Below are positions 48,403-58,478 of a stretch of 64,000 nt of DNA, in pieces. A program made the position numbers and the translations under genes. Source of the DNA: Tepidisphaera sp. (lineage in GTDB: Bacteria; Planctomycetota; Phycisphaerae; Phycisphaerales; UBA1924); the NCBI GenBank assembly GCA_050916045.1, contig CP051526.1, positions 448,001 through 512,000 on the forward strand, read 5' to 3'. Within the stretch, counting starts at the first letter, position 1; each line of letters starts with the position of its first letter. Under the pieces are notes generated by a model. It searched no databases and was not told the DNA's origin. It saw only the letters and a list, made by a program, of their open reading frames with translations.

Positions 48403-49803
48403 ATGTTCGTACGTCCCATCGTGAAAGCGTTGGCAGTTGTTCTCGCGTGCGCATCAAACACGACCGCCCAGCCCGTCGCCTCCCCGAGCCCGGCCGTTCT
48501 GCCTGTCACCCCCACCCCCACCCCCACCCCAGCTCCAGACTTCCGTTTCGAGTTCATCGATGTCGAACGAGCGATCCCGCTCGCAGCCGGTTCGACCGTG
48601 CTCGATACGCGCCCGCTCGCCAAGTACCTCGCGGGGCACATCCCTGGCGCGATCCGCCTCAGCGACGAGGCTGTGCGAGAGGCCGCGGGCTCGCTGCCCA
48701 CGGCGATGCTCCCGTCGGATCGCCTCGCCGAGCTCTTCGGCCGCCTCGGTGTGGTTGATGACAAGCCCGCCCTCGTCTACAGCGACCACGAGGACCCGCT
48801 CGCCGCGACCTTGGTCGCCTACGCCCTGCTGAAAGCCGGGCACTCGCACGTCCGCGTGCTTGACGGCGGCTTCACCGCGTGGCAGGGTTCGGGCCCGACG
48901 ACGCAGGACTTTACGACCGTCACACCCAGGCTTTGGACACGAAGCCCGAACACCACGCTCGCCGCAACCCTCGACGATGTCCGCGAGGCCCTTCGTACCG
49001 AGGAAGTGGCATTGATCGATGCCAGGCCGCCCAAGTCCTACCGCGGCGAGGGCAGAGCGTGGAAACGCAACGGGCACATCCCCGGCGCGACCAACCTCGA
49101 CTGGCACACGCTTGTGAACGCGGACAACGAGAGCCTGATGAAGGCGCCCGCCGCGATCCGCGACATCATCAAAGCGTCCAAGGCGAGCCCCGACGACCCC
49201 ACGATCGTCTACTGCGGCACCGGACGCGAGGCCACGCTGCTCTTTCTCACGCTCCGCACCGCCCCCGGTTGGCGCAACGTCCGCCTCTATGAAGGTTCGT
49301 GGACCGAGTACCAGTCGCACGCTGACCTTCCGGCAGAGATCGGCAGCGAGCCGGGCGTCGCGATTCACACCGACGGCACAGTCTCCACCAGCGGCCAGCC
49401 GAGCGAGCGGACCATCCGCATGCTCGCCGATCGCGGGACTCGCGTCATCGTCAATTGTCGCACGCCCGGCGAAACACGCGAGGTCGGCTTTGCCGAGCGA
49501 GCGATCGTCGAATCGGCCGGCATGAAGTATGTCGAGATCCCTCTGGGCGGTTCCGAAGGTTACAACACGCAGGACGTCGAGAAACTCCACGCCATCATCA
49601 CTCAGCACGGCGGGACAGCTGGTCTCCACCTTCACTGCGCGGGCGGACCCCGGGCCTCGACGCTCTGGGCGGCATACCTCGTCCGCTACGAAGGGCTCAC
49701 CGCGCCCGCCGCCATCGAACGCCTCCGAAAGGCGGGCATGCTTCGGGAGTCTTCGCTCGAAAGGCTCGTGGGCGAGACGCTCCTGCCCACCGCCTCACGG
49801 TGA
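48403..49803 (+). CDS. Exported tandem-rhodanese sulfurtransferase fused to a DUF442/Blh-like (PTP-fold) domain
   Basis: Signal peptide; LDTRP...GHIPGA...LDGG; IDARP...GHIPGA...YCGTGREA...YEGSW.EY; then TSGQPS...VNCR...HCAGGPRA. Confidence 0.88.
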   Translation: MFVRPIVKALAVVLACASNTTAQPVASPSPAVLPVTPTPTPTPAPDFRFEFIDVERAIPLAAGSTVLDTRPLAKYLAGHIPGAIRLSDEAVREAAGSLPTAMLPSDRLAELFGRLGVVDDKPALVYSDHEDPLAATLVAYALLKAGHSHVRVLDGGFTAWQGSGPTTQDFTTVTPRLWTRSPNTTLAATLDDVREALRTEEVALIDARPPKSYRGEGRAWKRNGHIPGATNLDWHTLVNADNESLMKAPAAIRDIIKASKASPDDPTIVYCGTGREATLLFLTLRTAPGWRNVRLYEGSWTEYQSHADLPAEIGSEPGVAIHTDGTVSTSGQPSERTIRMLADRGTRVIVNCRTPGETREVGFAERAIVESAGMKYVEIPLGGSEGYNTQDVEKLHAIITQHGGTAGLHLHCAGGPRASTLWAAYLVRYEGLTAPAAIERLRKAGMLRESSLERLVGETLLPTASR

Positions 49804-49819
49804 TTGGAGGGGCCGCGGA

Positions 49820-51160
49820 TCATTTCCCGACGCAGAACGTCGAGAAGACCCGTCCCAGCACCTCGTCCGGCGAGATGTGCCCCGTCACTTCCCCAAGTTG
49901 GTCGAGCGCGAGGCGAAGCTGGCTCGCCACGACCTCCGGCTCTTCAAGCGTGCGGGCTTGAGCATCGATCGCATCCACCGCCACTCCGACCGACAAAGCC
50001 GTCGCCGACAGCGCCCGCCGGTGCCGCGGCACGACGACAAGCACCTGATCCAACGCCCCCGACCCGCGCCACGCCGCCGCGGCGATCCGCCGCTTGAGCT
50101 CATCGAGGTTCCACCCGTCCAGGGCGCACACCGGCAGCGAGTCGCCCGCGGGCCCGGCCCGGCCCGAGTCCGCTTTCGTCCGCACGCGGATCACGGTCGG
50201 AGCCGCACCCGCGATGGGCTCGAACACGCCGCTCGGGTCGCAGTACACAATGGCGCTCGCTTCCGCGATCGCCCGACGCGCGGCCGCCTGCGCCGCTTCG
50301 TCGATCGCCCCGGAAGCCAGTTCATCCAGCCCGGCGAGGTCGACAAGCTCTACCTCGCCCGCGCCGGGCACGTGCCTCGAGAGATCCAGCTTCTCCGCGA
50401 GCACGTCCCGCGTCGTCCCCGCCACCGCCGACACCACCGCCCGCTTGCGGCCGAGTAGAGCGTTGAAAAGCGTCGACTTGCCGGCATTGGGCACCCCCGT
50501 AAGGACGACGCGCGGCCGCTCATCGCTCGATTCCGCCGCCGAAGCACCGAGATGTCCGCCGATCGCGTCTTTCAGAGCGATCAGCCGCTTCGCAAGCGCG
50601 AGCGGAGCGATCGGCACCACGTCTTCCTGATCCGTGAAGTCGATCCCCGCTTCGACCAGCGCCAGCAGCGTCGCCAGTTCCTCCGCCCACCGGCGGTACG
50701 CCTGCCCGCTTCGTCCTTCGAGCAGCGACCGGGCCGAGTCGAGCTGTCCCCGCGTCTGCGCCGCGATCGTCGCCGCGACGCCTTCCGCTTCGTCGAGGCT
50801 GAGCTTCCCGCTCAGGTACGCCCGCGCCGAGAACTCGCCCGGTTCCGCTTGACGCACGCCCGGAAGGGCGACCAGAGTATCCACCAGCCGCGTCACGAGA
50901 GCAGGATTCCCCGGGCACTGGATCTCCGCGCAATCCTCACGGGTGTACGACCGCGGCGCGGGCATGCGGACCACGAGCACGGGGCAGACCAAAGCGCCGA
51001 TGAGCACGCGCGACGCGAACGCCCCGCGCACCTCGGGGACCCCGGGCTTGCAGAGCGCGTCGAGCGCGGCTTGCACGCTCGGCCCGGACATGCGGATGAT
51101 TGCGCGCGGCGAGCGTCCCGGCCCGGTCGCGCACGCCACGATGGTGTCGCCCATCCGCAT
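49820..51160 (-). CDS. mnmE: tRNA modification GTPase MnmE (TrmE)
   Basis: DTIVACAT, PRSYTRED, AEPGEFSARAY..GK, EAGIDF, GVPNAGKS, GTTRD and C-terminal FCVGK. Confidence 0.95.
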   Translation of the reverse strand: MRMGDTIVACATGPGRSPRAIIRMSGPSVQAALDALCKPGVPEVRGAFASRVLIGALVCPVLVVRMPAPRSYTREDCAEIQCPGNPALVTRLVDTLVALPGVRQAEPGEFSARAYLSGKLSLDEAEGVAATIAAQTRGQLDSARSLLEGRSGQAYRRWAEELATLLALVEAGIDFTDQEDVVPIAPLALAKRLIALKDAIGGHLGASAAESSDERPRVVLTGVPNAGKSTLFNALLGRKRAVVSAVAGTTRDVLAEKLDLSRHVPGAGEVELVDLAGLDELASGAIDEAAQAAARRAIAEASAIVYCDPSGVFEPIAGAAPTVIRVRTKADSGRAGPAGDSLPVCALDGWNLDELKRRIAAAAWRGSGALDQVLVVVPRHRRALSATALSVGVAVDAIDAQARTLEEPEVVASQLRLALDQLGEVTGHISPDEVLGRVFSTFCVGK

Positions 51161-51181
51161 CGCGACCTCACGTCCCGGCGA

Positions 51182-53494
51182 TCACCGCTTGTTGCGGAAC
51201 CGGTCCTGCGGCCCGTTCTTGGGCTTGCCGCCGCCGGCCTGCTTGCGGGCCGCTTCTTCCTGCTTCTGCTTGGCGAGAGCGGCGCGTTCCTGGAGGTTGG
51301 ACCACCAGTTCGCCATCGCTCCGCCGCCTTTGGCTTTGCGTTCCTCTCGCATCTTGTCGACGTTCAGCAGGTCGTGCTTGTCGATGTGGCGCTTGATCCA
51401 CTTGCTCTCCATGATGCCAAGCACGGAGTTGGTGAAGAAGTAGAGCGTCAGCCCGCTGGGCGCGTTGTACATCATCAGCGGGAACAGGAACACGGTCATC
51501 CACTTCATCATCTTCATCTGAAGCTCCTGCTCCGGCGTCGTCGTCGCCGACGGAGGAGGGCTCATGTACTTCTGCTGAATGTAGAAAAGCACGCCCATCA
51601 GCAGCGGCAGGATGTTGAACGACGAGATCTCGCCCATCATCGGCGCCGTGAAAAGCGTCTTGTGGAAGTAGATCAGCCGGTCCGGCTCGGCCAGATCGCC
51701 CAGGAACCAGAACGGGAAGCTCCCGTCCGGCGAACCCATCTTCTGGAACACGCCGAAGAACGCCGACTGGTGCCGGATCTCGATCGCAAAGAAGAGCATC
51801 GCCGAGAGCGCGATCCAGATCGGCGTCTGCAGGAACATCGGCAGGCACCCCAGCATGCCCGCGGGGTTGATCCCCTCCTCGCGCCAAAGCCGGGCCGTCT
51901 CCTCCTGCTGCTTCTTCGGGTCGTCCGCGAACTTCTCCTTGATCTGCTGCATCTTGGGAGCGATGCTCTGCATCTGCTTCCCGAACCGCTGCACGCGGAT
52001 CTGCGACCACTTCGTCACCGGGTGAAGCGTCGTGCGCACGATCACCACCAGAAGCATGATCGCCAGCGCCCAGTCACGCGTCACGTAATCGTGAAGCACG
52101 ATCAAGAGCTTGAGCAGCGGCTCCGTCAGCCACGCGAACGTGCAGCACCCGCACATCCCGCCGAAGTTGAAGAGCACCACTTGGTCCACGCCCGTCGCCG
52201 TCGCCAACGGGTCCCGACGGATCACCTGCGCCGACTGCGGCCCCACGAACAACGCTTGCGAAGCGTCCAGCGTCCCGCCCGCCCCGATCGTCTCCCCACG
52301 GTCGTTCAGGCGAAGCGCCGAAAGCCAGGACCCGTTCACGCCGTCGCGAACGATCCGGTCCACCATCTCGATCCGAGGCATCGCCAACGCACGAATCGTG
52401 CCCGCCGGCGGATTCAGATTCACAAGCGGCGTCGCGATCGCCGCGAAGTACCGGTTCGTCGAACCGGTCCACACCAGCTCGTACCCGCGCTTCGCCGTCG
52501 TTTCGTTCGGCCACAGCTTCATGTCCGCCGCAGGGCGACCCATCGCGTCCAGAGGCCCCATGAACGTCGCGTGATCAAGCACCACCGCCGAATCGCTGCC
52601 CAGCACCAGCTGGCGCGAGGGATCGGACTTGGGATCCACCAGATAACCGAACCGAACGCGCCGCTTGTCCCCGCCGTACGTGATCTTGTCCGCCGGCATC
52701 TCCGACGGCCCAAGCTGAAACCAGCGGACCGTCAGCGGAGCGTCCGTCAGGTTCACGAGGTTCTGGTGGATGCGCACCGAGTAGCTGTCGGCCGGAAGCT
52801 CATACCGCCGCGTCACGCGGGCGACGTCCTTTCCGGTCTCCGTGTCGTAGATCACCGCTTGGAAGTTCCCCGCCGCCGGGCCCGACTTCCAGACGTCCGG
52901 CGAAAGCAGATCGACGTAGGTCCCGTTGATCAGAACGCCAAGCAGCGCCATCGGCGTCAGATTCCGCCCGCTCAGCATCTGCTGCTCGCGCTGAACCTCG
53001 ACGTTGGTCTTCTGGTCGATCTCGGTGAAGTACCGTGCAAGCGTGGCGGACTTGATCCCCGCGCCGTGGAGCGAGAACTCAAGCTTCACCAGATCTCCGC
53101 CCGCAGGATCAAGGCCTCCCAAAGCCGCGGGGTCCGCCGCTCCGACCGCGTCCGCTCGCGCCGCCAGCTTCAGCGCCTGCGCCTGAGCCCCAGGCGCCGC
53201 AGCGTTCGCTTGCGGATTCGAAGCGGGCGTCGAAGGTGCCGGCGTCGAAGTGGTTGGGGTCGAAGGTGCGGGCGTCGCACCCGCTGGCGTCGTCACGGGC
53301 TGGGCTTTGGGATCCTGCGATTCCACCGACGGCGTGCCGCCGGCAGCGGCCTGCGTCGGATTGTTCTTCGCGTCGAGAATCGCGGAATTCTGACGTCCCG
53401 TATTGCGGAGCACAGCGGTGAAAACGCCCGCCGCAAGGACCGCCGCGATGAGAATGACGCCCCAGCGAAGGGCTTTGTTCGGAGTCTCTGCCAT
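51182..53494 (-). CDS. yidC: Membrane protein insertase YidC
   Basis: TM1 plus a large periplasmic domain; WALAIMLLVVIVR, PKMQQIKEKF.DDP, GCLPMFLQTPIW, DLAEPD and PSGLTLY. Confidence 0.96.
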   Translation of the reverse strand: MAETPNKALRWGVILIAAVLAAGVFTAVLRNTGRQNSAILDAKNNPTQAAAGGTPSVESQDPKAQPVTTPAGATPAPSTPTTSTPAPSTPASNPQANAAAPGAQAQALKLAARADAVGAADPAALGGLDPAGGDLVKLEFSLHGAGIKSATLARYFTEIDQKTNVEVQREQQMLSGRNLTPMALLGVLINGTYVDLLSPDVWKSGPAAGNFQAVIYDTETGKDVARVTRRYELPADSYSVRIHQNLVNLTDAPLTVRWFQLGPSEMPADKITYGGDKRRVRFGYLVDPKSDPSRQLVLGSDSAVVLDHATFMGPLDAMGRPAADMKLWPNETTAKRGYELVWTGSTNRYFAAIATPLVNLNPPAGTIRALAMPRIEMVDRIVRDGVNGSWLSALRLNDRGETIGAGGTLDASQALFVGPQSAQVIRRDPLATATGVDQVVLFNFGGMCGCCTFAWLTEPLLKLLIVLHDYVTRDWALAIMLLVVIVRTTLHPVTKWSQIRVQRFGKQMQSIAPKMQQIKEKFADDPKKQQEETARLWREEGINPAGMLGCLPMFLQTPIWIALSAMLFFAIEIRHQSAFFGVFQKMGSPDGSFPFWFLGDLAEPDRLIYFHKTLFTAPMMGEISSFNILPLLMGVLFYIQQKYMSPPPSATTTPEQELQMKMMKWMTVFLFPLMMYNAPSGLTLYFFTNSVLGIMESKWIKRHIDKHDLLNVDKMREERKAKGGGAMANWWSNLQERAALAKQKQEEAARKQAGGGKPKNGPQDRFRNKR

Positions 53495-53702
53495 TGGAGG
53501 GGAGAGTAGGTCCGAGTGAGCACGGGCGTCCCGGTCGCGTACCGCCGCGGCCCGCGATTCACGCGGATCCATGCGAATCGCTCGCTCCTTCTCGCCGCTC
53601 GCGAACCCCGTCCCGCGTACCCCCGTACGTCGTCAAGCCCGAGCACGGGCCCCTGCCCAATTCACCTCAACCGCCCCCAAGCCAACCCCGGAGATCCGCG
53701 GC

Positions 53703-54518
53703 ATGATGTCACTCGCGCCCCTCAAAGCCCTCGATGAACTGCTGCGCGGCGCCCGCACGCCCGCCCCGCCGCCCGCCGATGCCGACGCCGCCGACGCCCT
53801 CGCCATCATCGACGACTCGCGCGAGAAACTCCCGGTCCGCTGGTTTCTGCCCGCCGCCATCATCCTCGGAGGCATCCACGGCGTCTTCGTCGGCATGTAC
53901 GCCCTCGGGTCGCTTTCCTCCGGCGGCTTCAAGCATCTGCTCGCCTGCACGGTCAAGCTGCCGATGCTGTTCCTGCTCACGCTTCTCGTCACGTTCCCAT
54001 CGCTTTACGTCTTCGCCGCGCTCGGCGGTTTCAAACTCGGCTTCGCATCCACGTTCCGGCTGCTCGTCGGCGCTATCGCGGTCAGCCTCACCGTCGGGGC
54101 GTCGCTTGGCCCGATCCTGGGATTCTTCACGCTCAGCACCACAAGCTATCCGTTCATCGTGCTCCTGAACGTCATGCTCCTGGGCATCGCGGGTGTCGTC
54201 GGAGCCGCGTTCCTGCTCCGCGCGCTACGAGCCGTCGCGGGCACCGGGGTGCAGCTTCCCCCGTTGCCCCGGTTTGAACCACCGTCTGATCCGACGCTTC
54301 ATCCCGAGTTTCCCTTCCAGCAAACCGTGCCGATCCGAAGCTCGCTCGCCGACCTGATCTTCTCGGCTTGGGTCATCATCTACGCCGGCGTCGGCCTGCA
54401 GATGGCCTGGATCCTGCGTCCGTTCATCGGAGCCCCCGGAAGCGACTTCACCCTCTTCCGCCCCCGCGCCAGCAACGTCTTTGAGAGCATCCTCCAATGC
54501 TTCGAGCGACTCTTCTGA
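53703..54518 (+). CDS. Hypothetical 5-TM membrane protein (Yip1-like topology)
   Basis: KLPMLFLLTLLVTFPSLYVF; C-terminal VGLQMAWILRPFIGAPG..F..FR. Confidence 0.75.
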   Translation: MMSLAPLKALDELLRGARTPAPPPADADAADALAIIDDSREKLPVRWFLPAAIILGGIHGVFVGMYALGSLSSGGFKHLLACTVKLPMLFLLTLLVTFPSLYVFAALGGFKLGFASTFRLLVGAIAVSLTVGASLGPILGFFTLSTTSYPFIVLLNVMLLGIAGVVGAAFLLRALRAVAGTGVQLPPLPRFEPPSDPTLHPEFPFQQTVPIRSSLADLIFSAWVIIYAGVGLQMAWILRPFIGAPGSDFTLFRPRASNVFESILQCFERLF

Positions 54519-55147
54519 CCGACCATGCGATCTTCCGCATCGCCGAGCCACGGCTCGCGGTCACCACGCGGACGCTTCTCGCCGTGGTGCTCATCGCGGG
54601 GTCGATCGCCGGCGCCGCGGTCGGAGCATTCGCGTTCGACGCCCCCGAACGCTTGCTCGGCGTGCTCTACACCGCGCTCAAGGTCCCGCTCTTGCTGCTG
54701 GCGACGGCTGCGATCACCCTGCCCGGGTTCTTCGTGATCTGCACCGTGCTCCGCTTGCGCGAAGACTGGCCCGAGGCGCTGGGCGCGATCCTGCGCGGGC
54801 AAGCGGCGATGGCGTGCACCCTCGCAAGCCTCGCGCCGATCACGCTCTTCGTCTACGCGAGCGGCATCTCCTATCGCGGAGCGTTGCTCTGGAACGTCCT
54901 GACCTTCACCTTCGCCGCGATGGTCGCCCAAGCGATCATGAAACGGGCCTACGCCCCGCTCATCGCGAGGAACCCCCTCCACAGACGAATGAGTGTGCTT
55001 TGGACGGTCCTCTACGCCTTCGTCGGCATCCAGATGGGCTGGACCCTCCGCCCCTTCATCGGAAGCCCCGGCGCGTTCCCGACGTTCTTCCGCGAGGAAC
55101 CCTTCACCAACGCGTACGTGGTGGTACTCAAGCTCTTGATTCCCTAG
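54497..55147 (+). CDS. Hypothetical 5-TM membrane protein, paralog of the upstream gene
   Basis: KVPLLLLATAAITLPGFFV; VGIQMGWTLRPFIGSPG..PTFFR; start overlaps the end of the previous gene. Confidence 0.75.
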   Translation: MLRATLLTDHAIFRIAEPRLAVTTRTLLAVVLIAGSIAGAAVGAFAFDAPERLLGVLYTALKVPLLLLATAAITLPGFFVICTVLRLREDWPEALGAILRGQAAMACTLASLAPITLFVYASGISYRGALLWNVLTFTFAAMVAQAIMKRAYAPLIARNPLHRRMSVLWTVLYAFVGIQMGWTLRPFIGSPGAFPTFFREEPFTNAYVVVLKLLIP

Positions 55148-55197
55148 TCAAGCGGTGCTTCCCGCAACCGGTTCGCTCGCGCCCCGTACCTTCGGGC

Positions 55198-55974
55198 ATG
55201 CCACCGGACCCTGACGCAGCCGTGCTCCTCCGCCAGATGTGCGAGCTCTACGCGAACTGCTCGTCGTACCGCGATCAGGGGCAGGTTGTGACCAAGATGG
55301 TCTCCGCCCGCATGCCGGAGCGGACGGAACGAAAGCCCTTCGCCACGCATTTCGTTCGTCCCGACCGCTTCAGATTTGAGTTCCGGGCGCGAATGGGCGC
55401 AAGCGAGAACTTCGCCTCCCGCCATATCGTGTGGCGCGCCGATGGCGTCTGTGGAACGCACTGGACAATCGGGGAAGATCGTGTGGAGCGTTCGCTTCGA
55501 CTCGCATTGGCCGGAGCATCCGGGGTTTCGGGCGGATCAGCCCACAGGGTGCCGAGCCAGTTGCTCCCGAAAGAAGTCGGGCCCGGATTTCTCAGTTCTC
55601 TCAGGAATCCCGTTGCGACCGAGAGTGACTTGCTCGGCACTCCGTGCTTCTTGATCAAGGGTGCGACGAACGCGGGAGAAACGGCCGTCTATGTCGATCG
55701 GCGCACCATGCTGATCCGCGGAATCCGAGAGGCCCGCGACTTCACGGTGCAAGCCCAGGATCAAATGTACCGGGAATCCCAGGAAGCTCTTCGCGTCTAC
55801 GCCGAGCAGTTTCCCCAGGAAGCCGCTCGATTGAACCTGGGTTCGATCGAGTTCCGACCCAAGCCGGTCCCATTTTCCACCGAGACGCTCACCACCTACA
55901 CCCCGGAGGTGGACGTTGACATCGATCCGGAGGTTTTCAGGTCGCCGCGGGACGAACGCTGGCTCACCCTCTGA
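55198..55974 (+). CDS. Hypothetical LolA-like fold protein
   Basis: Y...SSYRDQGQV...F.THFVRPDRFRFEF...VYVDRRTMLIR; TACCTT lies 5 nt before the ATG. Confidence 0.6.
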   Translation: MPPDPDAAVLLRQMCELYANCSSYRDQGQVVTKMVSARMPERTERKPFATHFVRPDRFRFEFRARMGASENFASRHIVWRADGVCGTHWTIGEDRVERSLRLALAGASGVSGGSAHRVPSQLLPKEVGPGFLSSLRNPVATESDLLGTPCFLIKGATNAGETAVYVDRRTMLIRGIREARDFTVQAQDQMYRESQEALRVYAEQFPQEAARLNLGSIEFRPKPVPFSTETLTTYTPEVDVDIDPEVFRSPRDERWLTL

Positions 55975-55980
55975 CGCCGC

Positions 55981-56760
55981 TCACCGCCCGTCATAAAGCC
56001 GGTCGATCAGCCAGCCCGGAAGCTGCGGGATCCCGCGCATCTTGTTCGCCGTCGCGTCGATGTCGTACGCCACGCGGGCGAATTCCGCCCGGTCCGGGTG
56101 CAGGATCAGGTAGCTCGCCCGCGGATCGTGATCGCGCGGCTGGCCGACCGACCCGACGTTGATCACGGCTTTCTCGCCCTCGCGCCAGCGATAGCACCGG
56201 TCCGAGCCGAGCTCATCGGGCGGGTAGAAATCCGGCTCATTCGTGAAGACGCCCGGCACGTGCGTGTGGCCGACCAGGCAGACCCGCGTCACGCGGTCGA
56301 AGATCGACTCCATCTTGTCGGGCGAGTTCTGCGGGTCGTCCGGGAAGATGTACTCGTTGATCGGCCGGCGGGGGGACCCGTGCACGGCCAGGATCGGAAA
56401 GGACAGATCCGGCGGCTGATCGACGACCCGGACGCGGAGCTTGCCGAGGAAGTCGTACCGCTCGGCCCGGCTCTTCTCGTCCGGCTCCTTGTCAAACTGC
56501 TCCCGGGTCCAGTACGCCGCCGTCTCGGCACCCTGGTTGAAGTTCGTCGGCTCGTAAAGCACCGCGAAATCGTGGTTCCCCATCAGGGCCCAGGCGCACT
56601 TCTCGCGGACCAGATCGACGCACTCAAGCGGATCCGGACCGTACCCGACCGTGTCACCCAGGCAGATGATCCGGTCGATCTTGCGAGCGGAGATGTCCGC
56701 GAGCACCGCCCGCAAAGCGGAGACGTTGGCGTGAATGTCACTGATGACGGCAGTCGGCAC
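55981..56760 (-). CDS. Calcineurin-like metallophosphoesterase
   Basis: SDIHAN, LGDTVGYGP, GNHD, HGSP, GHTH and NVGSVGQPRD. The GTG start is an estimate. Confidence 0.93.
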   Translation of the reverse strand: MPTAVISDIHANVSALRAVLADISARKIDRIICLGDTVGYGPDPLECVDLVREKCAWALMGNHDFAVLYEPTNFNQGAETAAYWTREQFDKEPDEKSRAERYDFLGKLRVRVVDQPPDLSFPILAVHGSPRRPINEYIFPDDPQNSPDKMESIFDRVTRVCLVGHTHVPGVFTNEPDFYPPDELGSDRCYRWREGEKAVINVGSVGQPRDHDPRASYLILHPDRAEFARVAYDIDATANKMRGIPQLPGWLIDRLYDGR

Positions 56761-57183
56761 GGAGGTGTCCAGATGGTCGCCGGACAAGGTCGCCCGGTTC
56801 GGGTTCGGTGAAGATCGGTGGGAAGAATAGCGAGTTCCCTCCCTCCCCGCACCCTTAGTGCGTTTCCGAGCCGCTCACGGTCTGACGGTTTCACCCCTTT
56901 GCGCCACAATGAGGCATTCACCGCATCGAAAGGCCCCACGGCGGCAGGCCCCGATCCACGCATGCCATCTCGGCAGACCGCCCGGACCGATCATGCCCCT
57001 GACGCCCCATCGCGGACGTTCGCGTTTGGCATCCCGCTTGCCTACCCCGTTTCTTCATGCGGGAGGTCCGGCGGTCCGATCCAAGACCGTCGGTCTTCCG
57101 TAACGTTGGATGTACCGCACACAGGGTCCGGAAACCGATCCGATCGGAACCCGAACCGCCAAGCGAAGAGGAAGGGACCACCC

Positions 57184-57789
57184 ATGCCCGCAGCAGCCGT
57201 TTCCTATCAGCGCACCCGTGAGATGACCATCGATGAGCTTTTGCTCGAGAACCGGGTCATCTTCATGATCGGTGAGATCAACCAGGCCTCCGCCGCCCGC
57301 GTCATGATGCAGATGCTCTACCTCGAGAACCAGAAGCGAGGCCAGGAGATCAACTTCTACATCAACTCCCCCGGAGGGGCCGTCGACGACACCCTCGCCA
57401 TCTACGACACCATGCGGTTCATCACCAGCCCCGTCGCCACCTACTGCATGGGGCGTGCCTATTCGGGGGGGTCCGTCCTCCTCGCCGCCGGCACCAAGGG
57501 CAAGCGATACATCCTGCCGCACGCCAAGGTCATGATCCACCAGCCCTACGGCGGCGTCGGCGGCCAGGCCGAAGACATCCGCATCCAGGCCGAGCAGATC
57601 ATCAAGACCAAAGCCGAGCTCAACCGCATCCTCTCCCGCCACACCGGCAAGGATGCGGAGGTCATCAAACGCGACAGCGAACGCGACCGGTACTTCACCG
57701 CCGAGGAAGCGGTGGCCTACGGCCTCGCCGACGAGGTTCTGAAGGAGCCGCCGCTTGAATCCTCCGGCGTGCTCGCCGGCGTTCGCTGA
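57184..57789 (+). CDS. clpP: ATP-dependent Clp protease proteolytic subunit (first copy)
   Basis: YINSPGG, AIYDTM, AYSGGS (Ser), MIHQP (His) and ERDRY (Asp). Confidence 0.95.
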   Translation: MPAAAVSYQRTREMTIDELLLENRVIFMIGEINQASAARVMMQMLYLENQKRGQEINFYINSPGGAVDDTLAIYDTMRFITSPVATYCMGRAYSGGSVLLAAGTKGKRYILPHAKVMIHQPYGGVGGQAEDIRIQAEQIIKTKAELNRILSRHTGKDAEVIKRDSERDRYFTAEEAVAYGLADEVLKEPPLESSGVLAGVR

Positions 57790-57851
57790 TCCCCGTCTGA
57801 CCGGTCCCGCGTCCTTTCTTTCCCCCACGAACAACACCCACGAGGTTCCCC

Positions 57852-58478
57852 ATGTCTGGATATCTGGTTCCGATCGTCATCGAGAAGGGCGCCAAGGGCG
57901 AACGCGCCTACGACATCTACTCCCGCCTCCTCAAAGACCGAATCATCTTTCTCGGCGCCCCCATCGGCGACGAGGTCGCGAGCGTCGTCATCGCCCAGCT
58001 TCTCTTCCTCGCCAACGAGGACTCCAAGAACGACATCCACCTCTACATCAACTCCCCCGGCGGAAGCGTCACCGCTGGCATGGGCATCATCGACACGATG
58101 AACTTCATCGACTGCGACGTCTCCACGTACATCATCGGGCAAGCCGCCAGCATGGGTTCGCTCATCGCCACCTGCGGCGCCAAGGGCAAGCGGTACGCTC
58201 TCCCCAACGCTCGCAACCTCATGCACCAGCCGCTCCTCTCGGGCGTCATGGAAGGCCAGGCGACCGACCTTGAGATCGAAGCCCGCGAGATGCTCCGCCT
58301 CCGCGAACGCCTCTACCGCATCTACGCCGAAGCCACCGGCAAGTCGACGGACCAGATCGCCCGCGACTGCGACCGCAACAAGTGGCTCGACGACGGCGAA
58401 ATGCTCGAGTACGGCCTGATCGACAAGGTCCTCCAGCGCATGCCGGTGGTCGCCAAGCCCCACAAGGCTGAGGACTGA
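57852..58478 (+). CDS. clpP: ATP-dependent Clp protease proteolytic subunit (second copy)
   Basis: GERAYDIYSRLLKDRIIFL, YINSPGG, AASMGS and MHQP; DRNKW in place of the usual xRDxF/W. Confidence 0.95.
   Translation: MSGYLVPIVIEKGAKGERAYDIYSRLLKDRIIFLGAPIGDEVASVVIAQLLFLANEDSKNDIHLYINSPGGSVTAGMGIIDTMNFIDCDVSTYIIGQAASMGSLIATCGAKGKRYALPNARNLMHQPLLSGVMEGQATDLEIEAREMLRLRERLYRIYAEATGKSTDQIARDCDRNKWLDDGEMLEYGLIDKVLQRMPVVAKPHKAED

Noticed and set aside
50552..53509. 985-aa plus-strand ORF and many similar Arg/His-rich long ORFs
   Set aside because: These are antisense or alternative-frame shadows of well-supported genes (here yidC and mnmE), which is expected in high-GC DNA.
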